64,000 nucleotides of DNA from Octopus vulgaris. Lineage: Eukaryota. Each line of letters begins with the position of its first letter. Positions within the stretch are counted from its first letter, which is position 1. Below the pieces are notes generated by a model. The model was not told the DNA's origin. It was given only the letters and a program-made list of their open reading frames with translations, and did no database searches. The translations under genes were made by a program, and so were the position numbers. The stretch spans positions 78,492,001 to 78,556,000 of the forward strand of contig OX597824.1 of the NCBI GenBank assembly GCA_951406725.2, written 5' to 3'. Below, in pieces: positions 26,269 to 40,332 of the stretch.

Positions 26269-26590
26269 AAAACGAAGCTCAAAAAGTGTGACGTCGACTT
26301 CACTAACTGGGAGGAAACGGCAAAAAACAGACCACTCTGGAAAACCACCATCCATGAGGGAACGGCGACTTTCGAGTCGAAAAGGTCTGCAGAGCTGGAG
26401 GAGAAAAGACGACGACGGAAGGAGCGCCAACAACAACCACGTGCGACTCTCCCTTCCGGCACTAGATGTCCGCACTGCGACCGATCTTTTCAAGCAAGAA
26501 TTTGTCTTATCGGTCACCTACGGACTCACCAGTAAATTTGCGCGAAGACCGTCATCCTCGACCTGGAGGGATTGCCATCATCATCATCAG
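26269..26590 (+). mobile_element. 3' end of an RTE-clade LINE (C-terminal C2H2 finger, short 3'UTR, (CAT)n tail)
   Basis: Open frame 26269-26535: KTKLKKCDVDFTNWEETAKNRPLWKTTIHEG...CPHCDRSFQARICLIGHLRTHQ*. Absent from the ORF track because it has no start codon. Confidence 0.82.
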
Positions 26591-26730
26591 TAGTAGTAGT
26601 AGTAGTAGTAGTAGTAGCAGCAGCAGCTTTTTGATGTTGGGAGAAATGGTGTTGTCAGCAGTAATGTTGGCAGTAGCAGTAGTAGTAGTAATGGTAGTAA
26701 TGTTGGAAGCAGTAGTGGTGGTGGTAGGAA

Positions 26731-26784
<54 letters not shown>

Positions 26785-27822
26785 CAGCAGCAGCAGCAGC
26801 AGGAACAACAACAGCAGTAGAAGCAGAAAAAATATAACGATGAAGACGAAAGTTCTATTTCATTTATATTTCCTTTTATTCTGTTTGTTTTGTTTTGATT
26901 TTTTTTAGTTTTTTGGGGGGGTTTTATTTGTTTTTTCAACCAAAATGTATTTCTTTAACTGAAAATTGCTTTGATTTCGATCGAACTCTCTTAGATCAAT
27001 AAGAAGCGTCAAAAACATAAATAAAAATAAATGAATGAGAAATGTTACAGACAAAAAGAAGATGAAAAAACAATTTTTAGGTTTTTTTTTTTCTTTTGTT
27101 TTTGCTCTTTTTTTTTATTTTGAAAAGTTTCAACATTTTTGAAAGATATAACTTGATTTGATTGGATAACGATTGATTTGTAGTGAGGCTGATATTGATT
27201 TTTTATTTCATTTTATATGTTATTGCTATATTTTATGTGTGTTTTTGAAGGATCGGTAAGTAACGAGAAAATGAAATAATAATAACAATTATTACGACGA
27301 CGACGACGGCGGCGGTGGTGGCTGCAGCGATGATGACGACGACGATGACAACGGGAGACATGTTTTAGGTGAGAAGTGAGAAAACAGTAAATTATCACTT
27401 AAGAATGAGAATAGAGAGAGAGAGGGAGAGAGATGGGGGAAGCGTGGGCGTTAGAGAATGTGTAAGACTGAAAAAAGTAACGAGTGTGTGATAGAGAAAA
27501 AGAGAGAATGGGAGAATAAAGAATAGCATCGGAAAGTTATCAACTGAGGGAGAGAAAGTCCAAGTGTGAATGTAGGCGGCGAGACAAAAAGATAGAATGT
27601 CAGTGAGTGAGATACAGAGGTAAAAACAGATACAATTAGGGATAAAGGGGGGGGACAGACAGAGACAAACAGACAGACACACAGACGGACAGGTAAAGCT
27701 GCTTCAGACAGGTGGATGGGAGAAATAAACCGGGAGAGAGGAGAATGAGAAAAGAATATGAAATAAAAGGAGAGAGAAAGAGAGAGGCAGGGGTGAAAAG
27801 AAAGAGATAGAGGTGAAGAGGC

Positions 27823-27869
<47 letters not shown>

Positions 27870-28895
27870 TAGGCAAGTAGACAGATACAGACGGAGGACA
27901 AGATGTAGGAGACGGGTGGATGAGAGAAACAGAGACAGTGGGGAGAAATGAATAGCGAATATGAAAGAAAGGAGGAGAGAGAGGAAAGGAGAAAGAGAGA
28001 GGTGAAGAGAAAGAGAGATAGGCAGTCAGACAGAGACACGGGAAGAGAAAAGAATGTATGAGAGAGGCGGCCGGAAAAAAATTGAAGAGAGAACATCAGT
28101 AAAACAAATCGGAAGAAAGAAAAGGAGAGGGTGTCTGTGTGATAGACAGAGAAAGAGTTAGGGTGAGAGATTGTAAGATTGTGATAAATAACGGAAGAGA
28201 GGTATAGAGAGAAAATGAGATTAAGCGATGGAAAGAGAATGAAAGAGAGGCGAGAAAATTATTCGAAGAGGCAGAGACAAAAAAGTAAAATAAGTGAGAG
28301 GGTAGAGAAAAGAAGAAATTGTAATACGTAGCGTGGGGTTAGGAGAGACTGTGTGATTAAGTGAGAAAGATTGGGAGGCAGAGAAGAATCATTAAGGGAA
28401 AGAAAGACATAATGAGAAAGAAAAATTTTTTAAAACTAAATGAAAAGTAGAAAAATTGACAGGTGCAAATATGGATAAATATTGATTTCAAATTTTGGCA
28501 CAAGATCAGCAATTTCTAAGGAATGAATTACATCGACCCTAACGCTCAACTGGTGCTTATTTTATAGACTCTCTTAGGATGAATGGCTAAGTCGACCTCT
28601 GCAGAATTTAAATTCAGAACGTAAAAACGGACGAAATACTGCTAAGTACTTTGCCCGGCGTTCCGACGATACTTACAGCTCGCGCTGAACAACTAGATTG
28701 CGGAGACTTAAAGAAACCAACAGTCGTCGTCAAGAGGTTGTGAGGAAAAACCAGAAACAGACACACACACGCGCTCATGTATATATATATGTATATATAT
28801 ATAGACATAAATATATATACACACATATATATATATATGCATATATTACACACACATATATATATATATATACACACATATATATATATATACAC

Positions 28896-28954
<59 letters not shown>

Positions 28955-29046
28955 ATATAATATATATATATATATATATATAGATAGATAGATAGATAGA
29001 CATATTTATACATATATATACATATATATACATATATATACATATA

Positions 29047-29199
<153 letters not shown>

Positions 29200-29656
29200 G
29201 TATATATGTATATATATATCAGGTTGAGTAAAAAGTAAACAAAGTTTTGAACCTTGAAGAGTTTGTACCGGATTTTTGAAGAGTTATGAAATTTTTTAAA
29301 ACATTTCTTTGAAATTGTCTGATAATACAGACATAGACTTGCCCAAATGCATCCATAAATTAATATCGATATTTTTTTTCACCGTTGTTACAATCATCTG
29401 AAATGGAACTGTCAAAGCGCGATATTCAAGCAATTTTGCTATATCAACGAAACGTAAAAATATATAAATCTCCATGAATTGTTTTGTCGAATAAATCGAC
29501 CCCAGTGCTCCCTTTTAGTCTTGAATTATTTCTATCCTTCACTTTTTCTGGGGGCATAACCAAACTAACACCGGTTGTAAAGCCGTAGCGTGGCAAAGAA
29601 AAACACTACAACACGCGCACATACACAAACAAAAGTTTCCGTCAAACAAATTCACT

Positions 29657-29796
29657 AAGTAGCTTGCTTACGAACCACATGGTTCCGAGTTCAGTCCCAC
29701 TGCGTGGCACCTTGGGCAAGTGTCTTCTGCTATAGCCTTGGGCCAACATAAGCCTTGTGAGTGGATTTGGTAGACAGAAACTAAAAGAAGCCCGTC

Positions 29797-29874
<78 letters not shown>

Positions 29875-30085
29875 GTGTGTGTGTGTGTGTGTGTCTGTGT
29901 TTCTCCCCCAACATCGCTTGACAACCGATGCTGGTGTGTTTACGTACCCGTAACTTAATGGTCCGGCAAAAGAGACCGATAGAATAAGTACTATGCTTAC
30001 GAAGAATAAGTCCTGGGGGTCGATTTGCTCGACTAAAGGCGGTGCTCCAGCATGGCCACAGTCAAATGACTGAAACAAGTAAAGG
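29657..30085 (+). mobile_element. SINE family B copy
   Basis: Family consensus match. Confidence 0.85.
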
Positions 30086-30552
30086 ATTAATCCATCGTTC
30101 TGTCCGGGACTACAATAGAAGTAATCCAGGGTACAACGCCAAGGAACCGAACCTAAAACCAGGTGGTTGCAAGGCGAACTTCTAAACTGCACAGCCATAC
30201 TGCATCTATCTTCTAAGCACTAAAATTTTGCAGCAAATGATTTTTAAACGAATTTTAATAAACAATTATTATGTAAAATAATTTTGTTAAAACAATTTAA
30301 TACATAATTTAATATGTAAAGCTTTTGCGAGACCTTCGTAAAACATTTTGCAATGATGTCTCAAATTTTATTGTTTATTCGGAGTACATTAATACGCATC
30401 CTCTCCTTCCCTCTATCTATCTCTCTCCATATATGCTTTTATACGTTTATATATATAGTGACAGAGAGGGCAAGGCGGAGGAGAGAAATAGATTGAATGA
30501 GAGTGAAAGAGAGTGAAACATAAACTCATAGAAGATGGACAGACAGATGAAT

Positions 30553-30663
<111 letters not shown>

Positions 30664-31478
30664 GAGAAATCGACCGGCTAATTCGTAGATTACACGTACA
30701 ATCTGTAAGTGGAGCAGTAAAAATATACAAGACTTTTCTCAAGTTCCAAATGTAATTTCATCTGTGTGCTAACTACATCCCTTGTATGTTTGTTGGAAAC
30801 CGGCTCCCTCCTCAGGGGAAGATTTATAATAATTGAAAAATAGAAGAGACATACATACATTCATACATACATACATACATACATACATACATACATACAT
30901 ACATACATACATACATGCATGCGTACGTAGATTGCAGAACGAAATGGAATCAGTGCAGTTTCGAATTACCAATTTGTCTTTCGCTCATCTTACGTACGGG
31001 ACCCGAAACCCTGATCGTACCGCAAAACCCCATTTTCATTTTTTTTTTTCTCGAAACAAACACACACACAGACACACACACACACACGTGTATCACAGAC
31101 ACGTTCTCTTTCTCTCCCCAATCGCATACACGCGCGCCTGCATGCGCAGATGTACACAGAGGGCCGGCGCTGACACAAGCACCAACATTTACGGACTCCT
31201 ACAGATCTGTGCGGGGTCTGTTGGTGTACAGGTACCGATCAGATCTACATGCGCACACTCACACACACACACACGCATGCGCATACACACACACACAAAC
31301 ACACACACACACAAACACACATATGTCAGTGCAATTATCTCGTCAATATTGCCACTTTAGTTATTGAGATGTGTCAATAAGACTCTGAGTAAGCTGAGAC
31401 TTCAACTGGTTAATTGAGTGTAATATATATAGCATATAGAAGATTGATGGAGGCTGTATCATAATGAGACTGGACTGC

Positions 31479-32274
31479 GGTGGTGGTGGTGGTGGTGGTG
31501 GTGGTGGTGGTGGTGGTGGTGGTGGTGGTGGTGGTGGTGGTGGTGGTGGTGGTGGTGGTGGTGGTGGTGGTGGTGGAGGTGGGGGTGGTGGTGGTGGTGG
31601 TGGTGGTGGTGGTGGTGGTGGTGGTGGTGGTGGTGGTGGTGGTGGTGGTGGTGGTGGTGGTGGTGGTGGAGGAGGAGGTGGTGGTGGTGGTGGTGGTGGT
31701 GGTGGTGGTGGTGGTGGTGGTGGTGGTGGTGGCGGTGATGTTGCTAGTGCTGGGGGCGCTGGGGGGGTCCTGGTGGTGGTATCAAGAGCGGTGGTGAAGA
31801 CGGTGGTTTTGGTGGTGATGGTAAGTAAGGTGGCAGTTGTGTAAATGGTGGTGGTCGTCGTGGCGGCGGCGGTGTAGGTATGGGTGTTGGTAGTTCTGGT
31901 GACGACGGCGGCGGCGCCAGCGGTGGCATAGGTGTGACATCAGTGAAGGCGGTGGAGTAGGGAGGGGATCTTGGTGGGGCGGGGTTGTGATGCTTGTGGT
32001 GTCGGTGGAAGGATTTGAGAAGGACGGTAACGATGATGATGATCATTGCCATATTGGTGATGAGGAGGGTGGCGGCAGTGGCGACGACGACGATGATGAT
32101 GATGAGGAGGAGGAGGAAGATGATCGATGTCTCCATCAAGCCAATCAATATTATCATTGTCAGTCGCAACATTATCGGTATCAATGTCATTGGTCTCATT
32201 ATACACGTTGCTCACCTTCTGCTAATTATCAGCCTCGTTATCATCGACGTCATTATCACCGTCATTACCATCAC

Positions 32275-32335
<61 letters not shown>

Positions 32336-32968
32336 GATATTACCACCTCACTACCAACACCATCGCCTCATTCCCACCACCACCACCATCGTCATCAACA
32401 TCATCATCATCGTCGTCGTCATCTTTGTTGCCATCATCACCGCCTTACCACCACCACCACCACCACCACTATCAACACCATTATTTTAATCATCAGCACG
32501 AAATCCTAAACACCGCAATCATCATCATCATCATCATCGTCGTCGTCGTTGTCGTCATCATCATCAACATCATCATCATCGCCACTTTACCACAACGACC
32601 ACCATCATCATTATTATGATTACCATCCTCCTCGTCCCCATCATCCTCGTCCCCATCCTCCTCGTCCACATCATCATCATCATCATCATCATCGTCGTCG
32701 TTGTATTCGTCGTTGTCGTCGCCGTCATCATCATCATCATCATCATTTAGGAAATCTTAAAAATACAATCATAGCCTTTTATATTTCTAATGCTTCAATG
32801 CCTACAATCATATTTTGATGTGTAAATTTTGTTTTTCTCCCCGCCCCCCACCGCAACGTCGTTTAAAACATACACACTCACTCAATTAATGGGCTTAACG
32901 CATATGTCAATAAACAAATGAATAAATAATAAAATAAATTAATTAACAGGTAGACAGACAGACAGATG

Positions 32969-33026
<58 letters not shown>

Positions 33027-33153
33027 CAGACAGATAGATAGACAGACAGGCAGGCGGACAGAGAGCCAGAGACAGACAGACAGACAGTCAGACTGACAGA
33101 CAGACAGACAGGCAGACAGACAGACAGACAGACCGACAGACAGACAGACAGAC

Positions 33154-33212
<59 letters not shown>

Positions 33213-33343
33213 CAGACAGATAGATAGACAGACAGGCAGGCGGACAGAGAGCCAGAGACAGACAGACAGACAGTCAGACTGACAGACAGACAGGCAGACA
33301 GACAGACAGACAGACAGACCGACAGACAGGCAGACAGACAGAC

Positions 33344-33406
<63 letters not shown>

Positions 33407-33841
33407 CGCATATACCTATGCTTCTTTGTTTGTGCTTGGCCCCTATCACTGTTTGACAAACGCTATTGCTTTATTTGCGTCACTTAGTGGTTCGGTATAG
33501 TAGACTGATGGAATAAGCACAAGGCTTTAACAAAAATTAAGTACTAGGTTGGATTTTTTTCGACTAAACTTATTCGAGGCGATGTTCCAGAATGGCCGCA
33601 GCCCAATGACTGAAGTAAAAGAAGATAATTAAATGATAAATCCATAATACTTCTATGCCTTCCTCACTGTTTGGTTTTTAATATGCTCGAAACACGGACC
33701 CTAAATTTTGAAGAATTAGGGCAAGTGCTGGAAACGGTCACCCAGTGAGATTGTTGTTTTTGTTATTCTTGTTATGGTTATTAATGATGATGCTATCGAT
33801 GATGATGGTGATGATGATGATGATGATGATGATGATGGCAG

Positions 33842-33912
<71 letters not shown>

Positions 33913-33934
33913 GCAGTGATGATGATGATGGCAG

Positions 33935-33966
<32 letters not shown>

Positions 33967-34024
33967 GTGATGTTGGTGATGGTGGTGATGGTGATGATGA
34001 TGATGATTATGATGATGATGGCAG

Positions 34025-34068
<44 letters not shown>

Positions 34069-34129
34069 TTGGTGATGGTGGTGATGGTGGTGATGGTGAT
34101 GATGATGATGATTATGATGATGATGGCAG

Positions 34130-34176
<47 letters not shown>

Positions 34177-34605
34177 TTGGTGATGGTGGTGATGGTGGTG
34201 ATGGTGATGATGATGATGGTGGTGGTGGTGGTGGTGCTGATGATGATGATTATGACGACGACGACGACGACGATGATGATGATGATGATGATGGTGGTGA
34301 TGATGATGATGATGATGATGACGACGACGACGACGACGATGACGACGATGAAAGATGGTGATGACGACGATGATGTGGATGGTGAGGAGGGTGATGAAGG
34401 TAAGAAGGATAAAGAACAGCAGAAGCAGCAGGGGGAAGAGAAGAAAGAGCCGGGGGAGGAGGAGGAGGAAGAGCAGAAGGAAGAGCAGGAGGAGCAGGAG
34501 GATGAGAAGGAAGAGCAGGAAGAGCAGGAGGAGGAGGCGAAGAGAGAGCAGGAGAAGGATTAGGACGAGAAGGACGATGACGATGATGATGAGAATGATA
34601 ATGAT
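31479..34605. repeat. Compound microsatellite field: (GGT)n, (CAT)n, (GATA/GACA)n, (GAT)n, (GAG)n
   Basis: Direct inspection. Confidence 0.95.
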
Positions 34606-34722
34606 GTTGCGCTGTGAGAAAGGTCATAGAAAACCGCTCACAATTTCTCTTTTTCTGTCCCCAAACCTTATGTTCCTTTATTTGGCGCTTTTGAAGTATA
34701 GACCGATGTACTCTATATTGGA

Positions 34723-35110
34723 AGCACTCCGTCGGTTACGACGACGAGAGTTCCGGTTGATCCGATCAACAGAACAGCCTGCTCGTGAAATTAACGTGCA
34801 AGTGGTTGAGCATTCCACAGACACGTGTACCCTTAACGTAGTTCTCGGGGATATTCAGCGTGACACAGATAGTGACAAGGCCGGCCCTTTTGAAATACAG
34901 GTACAACAGAAACAGGAAGTAAGAGTGAGAGTGAGAGAAAGTTGTGGTGAAAGAGTACAGCAGGGATCACCAACTTCCCTGCCGGAGCCTCGTGGAGCTT
35001 TTTTAGGTGTTTTCGCTCAGTAAACACTCACAACGCCCGGTCTGGGAATCGAAACCGCGATCCTACGACCGCGAGTCCGCTGCCCTAACCACTGGGCCAT
35101 TGCGCCTCCA
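34723..35110 (-). mobile_element. Full SINE family C
   Basis: Head TGGAGGCGCAATGGCCCAGTGGTTAGGGCAGCGGACTC...GGTTTCGATTCCC. Confidence 0.88.
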
Positions 35111-35280
35111 CACTCTATACTTAACATTAAGTTAACACATGGCAGCACATGGGTCTCGCTGATTCTCTTTCTTCTCTTTTCTGTTTTAAAATCCGTGCCA
35201 ACCAGGAACATTGTATTGCTTTTTTTTCTATCCCTCGCTGTAACCACAATTTATTTTAAGTATCCCATCTCCCCTTGCAC

Positions 35281-35526
35281 CAGTGGTTCTCAACCTGGGT
35301 CCATATGACTCCTGAGCGTTCATATAAGATTTTAGGGGTCCTTAAAATAAAATAGTAAATTGGGAACCAAGTGGCTGTGTGGTAAGTAGCTTGCTAACCA
35401 ACCACATGGTTCCGGGTTCAGTCCCACTGCGTGGCATCTTGGGCAAGTGTCTTCTGCTATAGCCCCGGGCCGACCAATGCCTTGTGAGTGGATTTGGTAG
35501 ACGGAAACTGAAAGAAGCCTGTCGTA

Positions 35527-35599
<73 letters not shown>

Positions 35600-36077
35600 A
35601 TGTGTTTGTGTGTCTGTGTTTGTCCCCCTAGCATTGCTTGACAACCGATGCTGGTGTGTTTACGTCCCCGTCACTTAGCGGTTCGGCAAAAGAGACCGAT
35701 AGAATAAGTACTGGGCTTACAAAGAATAAGTCCCGGGGTCGATTTGCTCGACTAAAGGCGGTGCTCCAGCATGGCCGCAGTCAAATGACTGAAACAAGTA
35801 AAAGAGTAAAAGAGTAATAGTATTTTAAGGGCCCCTGAAAAAAATTCCTTTAGATGTATGTATTAGTATGTATTGCAAGAAACAGCTAGGTTTCTTTCTG
35901 TAACATTTTACATAATTCAGCCTACACAAGTTAATGTGTGAAAAACAAAATAGGAATTTTGAAAGAAGTTTCTATGAAAGTAGTTTTTAAACATCGAATA
36001 GCTATGGGGGTGGGGTCCACCAGAACAAAATACTAATGAAAGGGGTCCATAGATAAAAAATAGTTGATAACCCCAGT
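35281..36077. mobile_element. hAT/Charlie-like MITE with nested SINE B (35370-35816)
   Basis: Starts CAGTGGTTCTCAACC and ends AGTTGATAACCCCAG (imperfect TIR); repeated GGGGTCC motifs; no clear 8-bp TSD. Confidence 0.65.
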
Positions 36078-36123
36078 TGGGTTTCAAGGAACGATGCCGA
36101 ATTCTGTACTATATTAATTCTCT

Positions 36124-37240
36124 AAATATCCCAAAATATCTTCGCCCTTTCACCCCATGTTCCTATATACAAATTCTTAATATACGAAAGTGCATTCCAG
36201 AAGTTTCGAGATTTTTTTTTCGTGAGAGACATTTATTAATTCCAAAGAAATACAAAACACTGATTTCTTTCGGAGTAGGGTCCTCTGACTTCAATGCACT
36301 TATTGTCGCACTCCAGCCATTTCGTGAAGGCCCCATAAACAACTTCCAAAATATCTTCACTATTTCATCCCTATTTCTATATGCAAATTCTTAATATACG
36401 AAGATGCATTCCAGAAGTTTGGAGATTATTTTCGTGAGAGACATTTATTAATTCCAAAGAAATACAAAACACTGATTTCCCATAAAGGCCCCATAAAGAA
36501 CTTCCAAAATATCCCAAAAATCTTCGCCATTTCACCCCTATTCTTATATGCAAATTCTTAATTTACGAAGATGCATTCCAGAAGTTTGGAGATTATTTTC
36601 GTGAGAGACATTTATTAATTCCAAAGAAATACAAAACACTGATTTCCCATAAAGGCCCCATAAAGAACTTCCAAAATATCCCAAAATATCTTCGCCATTT
36701 CACCCCTATTCCTATATGCAAATTCTTAATTTACGAAGATGCATTCCAGAAGTTTGGAGATTATTTTCGTGAGAGACATTTATTAATTTCAAAGAAATAC
36801 AAAACACTGATTTCCCATAAAGGCCCCATAAAGAACTTCCAAAATATCCCAAAATATCTTCGCCATTTTACCCCTATTCCTATATAAAAATTCTTAATAT
36901 ACGAAGATGCATTCCAGAAGTTTGGAGATTATTTTTGTGAGAGACATTTATTAATTCCAAAGAAATACAAAACACTGATTTCCCATAAAGGCCCCATAAA
37001 GAACTTCCAAAATATCCCAAAATATCTTCGCCATTTCACTCCATGTTCCTATATACAAATTTTTAATATATGAAGGTGCATTCCAGAAGTTTCCAGATTT
37101 TTTTTCGTGAGCGACATTTATTAATTCCAAAGAAATACAAAACACTGATTTCTTTCGGAGTAGGGTCCTCTGACTTCAATGCATTTATTGTCGTACTCGT
37201 ACTCCAGCCACTTCGTGAAGGCCCCATGAAGAACTTCCAA
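36124..37240. repeat. Tandem array, ~168-bp unit, 6 copies, built from a mariner TIR end plus flank
   Basis: TACGAAGATGCATTCCAGAAGTTT-like motif starts at 36183, 36397, 36564, 36732, 36900 and 37069. Confidence 0.9.
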
Positions 37241-37563
37241 ACCGAATGTGTTTGAGAACCTTATCACAACCTTCTTCGTCTTCAAAATGAATGCCCCTGA
37301 TGTTCTCCATCAGCTTGGAGAACAACCAAAAGTCATAATTAGTATGGTCTGGATTGTAGAGAGAGAAGTGAGGAACAGTTTCGATACCCGTCTCTGTCAA
37401 GTCGTTCATTACCAGGAGAGAATTGCAAGTAGTGTTTAGTTGTGCTCCCACAACTGTCTCCTACAATTCGGAATAACAAAATTGGCAGGTCAGCTTATTA
37501 GGTATATCATAATGATATACTAATAGTCTAATATACTAATATATAGTATGGATGGATGGAAGG

Positions 37564-37940
37564 ACTCCGTCGGTTACGACGACGAGGGTTCCGGTTGATC
37601 CGAATCAACGGAACAGCCTGCTCGTGAAATTAACGTGTAAGTGGCTGAGCACTCCACAGACACGTGTACCCTTCACGTAGTTCTCGGGGATATTCAGCGT
37701 GACACAGAGAGTGACAAGGCCGGCCCTTTAAAATACAGGTACAACAGAAACAGGAAGTAAGAGTGAGAGAAAGTTGTGGTGAAAGAGTACAGCAGGGATC
37801 ACCACCATCCCCTGCCGGATCCTCGTGGAGCTTTAGGTGTTTTCGCTCAATAAACACTCACAACGCCCGGTCTGGGAATCGAAACCGCGATCCTATGAAC
37901 GCGAGTCCGCTGCCCTAACCACTGGGCCATTGCGCCTCCA
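37564..37940 (-). mobile_element. Full SINE family C
   Basis: Family consensus match. Confidence 0.88.
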
Positions 37941-37982
37941 CAATATATAGTTATATAGTCTAATATACAAATATAAGACTAA

Positions 37983-38368
37983 TCTCTCTATATATAAACG
38001 GCAGTTTGTCTGTGCGTGTTTCTGTGTGTCTGTTTGCTTGTACCCTCACCCTGACCACGGCTTTCAACCGATTCTGATGAAACTTGACACACACATAGCC
38101 CAACGTCATAATTCAAAACTAACGCAGCGAAAATTTTGAAAAGTTCCCCCAGTTCTGAAAAAATCAATAAATTCGACATGGGGTCGAGAATCAGAAACAC
38201 GAACCACAAATTGTCTAGGGGACGCAACTCCACCTTTTTTAAATCTCAAAAAAAAATTTACCATCATTTTTTTTCCATTTTTTTTGCTATTTTTGGGCTA
38301 TCACTCTCTAAAAATGCTTTATAGTTATTTCCCTTACAAACCTGAGCAACGCCGGGCGATACTGCTAG
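37983..38368 (+). mobile_element. Non-autonomous Helitron
   Basis: A|TCTCTCTATATATAAACGG...CTAG|T, with subterminal hairpin CCTGAGC aac GCCGGG and no TSD. Confidence 0.8.
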
Positions 38369-39299
38369 TAGTCTTATAAAATACAAAGTCTCAAAACTTC
38401 TGGAATGTACTACGTTTATTCTTTTCGCTTTCTTCTATCCCATGAGACCACAGAAATTTTCTTATTATTGAAGGTTCGTATCAATAATGAGCATCTAATC
38501 CATGGTGCTTTGTTTCTCATTTTAGTGTTATTGCCATTAAATTAAAAATTATCTGACACCGTAATTGTATTTCTTTGTTACGATACCAACATTGTTTATT
38601 TAGTGATTTCTACATTTTGAATTATTAAACGAGATGGGAACGTCTCGCTGTTATAATCACACTATCAGGAAATACAATTATATGTATATGTATTCGTTGA
38701 TGGTGAGACAGATTTCATCAAAAGTCATTAATGTCTCCAGTCAGTTTCATATCATCTGGGATAATATTTACATTTCAACGAAATATTTGCTTTCTTAGGC
38801 TGTCTTTGGACAGCTGAAATAGCTCTCAGATCCAGTAAATAACCACAATTGGTTTTCGGGTCCTTCGATTGACCAATATTTTCCTCAGTACTGGCCATTC
38901 CTCCTACTTATGTCGCCTAAAGAACAAGTTTAACGTAGAACGCATTTAACAGCATCGACGTTTGCACATGGACTCGAGAACGGCTGTGTTGTTAAGAAGT
39001 TTGGTTCGTAATCACGCGGTGATTGGTTCGATCTACTGGGCATCATCTTGTGCAGATGTCAGGTTCTATAATCCTGGATTCACTATCTTGTGGGAGAAAT
39101 TGTAAAAAGAGATGACCGCCGTAAAGATATGTATATGCATGTGTTTATGTATATACGTGTGTATGTATACATACACACATATATATGTATATATGTACGT
39201 ATGTATATACATGTAAGAACATATACACACATACACACGCACACACGCATACATACATGCGTACATATATATGTATGTGTGTATATATATATATATGTA

Positions 39300-39817
39300 T
39301 ATATATATAAAATCCGTTCTGTCTGTGTGTGCGTGTGTGTCTTCTCGGATCTCGGGCATCCTCTATCCGATTGCGCTCAAATTTGATATGTAGATACCGA
39401 CGGTATCAGAGCGTGTATAAGTCTAGAAAAAATTACAAAAATCGATTCCAAGTGGGAATGCGATTGATAAAGCCGTTAACCTGTACATAACTGCACCTTC
39501 CATTTTTTGTTGTTTTTGTACTGCTTAAAGGCACGTTTCTTTCCTGCCAAGCTTACTGTTTAAACCATGTTTGTGTTATCCCAGTCAACAGCCTTATCGT
39601 GACTGATACTTTAAACTCTTCGGTTGCATATTTGTGTGAATAAAATCGCTTTTCTTTGGAATAGAAAAGTCTATCTTTATTTCTTCTTTTGCTAGTGTCT
39701 CAAATTTAGGTTAAATCAGTATTTCTCAAAGGGGAGGTCGGATAAGTTGTTTTGAGAAAATTTGGTTTAAATGTTTGATAACTCAGCACCGTCCATTAAA
39801 CGGGGACGTTTTGCTCG
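39300..39817 (+). mobile_element. Probable non-autonomous Helitron (diverged)
   Basis: TATATATAAAATCCG..TCTGTCTGTG start like the 37983 element; hairpin CCGT..ACGG, then CTCG|T. Confidence 0.55.
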
Positions 39818-39830
39818 TATATATATATAA

Positions 39831-40332
39831 TCAATATTGAAGGAAAAGAAAATGGAGAAAAAATGGATATATGAATAATTTATTTATATGTTATAAATCG
39901 TTGAAAATTTCTTGTTAAAAACATAACAGTACAAATAAATTGATTACAAGTTGTAAAGCTCGGCAAAAATAAAATAAAAGGGTTATTGTGAAGAAGATCT
40001 ATACGGCGTACACTATGTATGCATCCTTCAAACGAAAAATGATAACCAAAGTTTTATAAGCTCATAATGACCCTGAAGAAGTCCTACCCCATATAGTTAG
40101 AATATGATACCTTTCTTAACATTTAACCAAATGCTTAGAAATTCTGTTCAACTAGAGGATAGTACTGAAACATATATGTAGGTTCTTTTATTTTTTTTTC
40201 AAACTTTACAACTTATAATCAATTTATTTGTACTGTTATTTTTTTTAAAAGAAATATTCAACATTGTATAACATACAAATTAATAATTCATAAATCCATT
40301 TTGTTCTTTGTTTTCTTTTCCTCCAATATTGA
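39831..40332. mobile_element. Fold-back element: ~150-bp inverted arms around an HHR-bearing spacer, in (TA)n
   Basis: 39831-39980 versus 40185-40332 (TAACAGTACAAATAAATTGATTA / TAATCAATTTATTTGTACTGTTA). Confidence 0.8.
40069..40184 (+). ncRNA. Type I hammerhead ribozyme with very long stem II
   Basis: GACC-CTGAAGA-AGTCCTACCC...GGATAGTACT-GAAA-CATATATG-TA-GGTT. Palindromic stem III ACATATATGT. Confidence 0.75.

Larger units (their letters stand above)
37069..38415 (-). mobile_element. Internally deleted mariner with nested SINE C and Helitron
   Basis: IETVPHFSLYNPDHTNYDFWLFSKLMENIRGIHFE resembles HPPYSPDLAPSDFWLF; KCIEVRGPYSE resembles KCI...G.YFE; opposite TIR AAACTTCTGGAATGTACTACGT at ~38394-38415. 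Confidence 0.78.

Noticed and set aside
36124-37240. CRISPR-like regular array
   Set aside because: Whole units are near-identical with no unique spacers; eukaryotic context; no cas genes.
38798-38833. Stem II plus GAAA plus near-palindrome (GGCTGTC tttg GACAGCT GAAA TAGCTC)
   Set aside because: No CUGANGA or stem I upstream; at best half of a decayed HHR.
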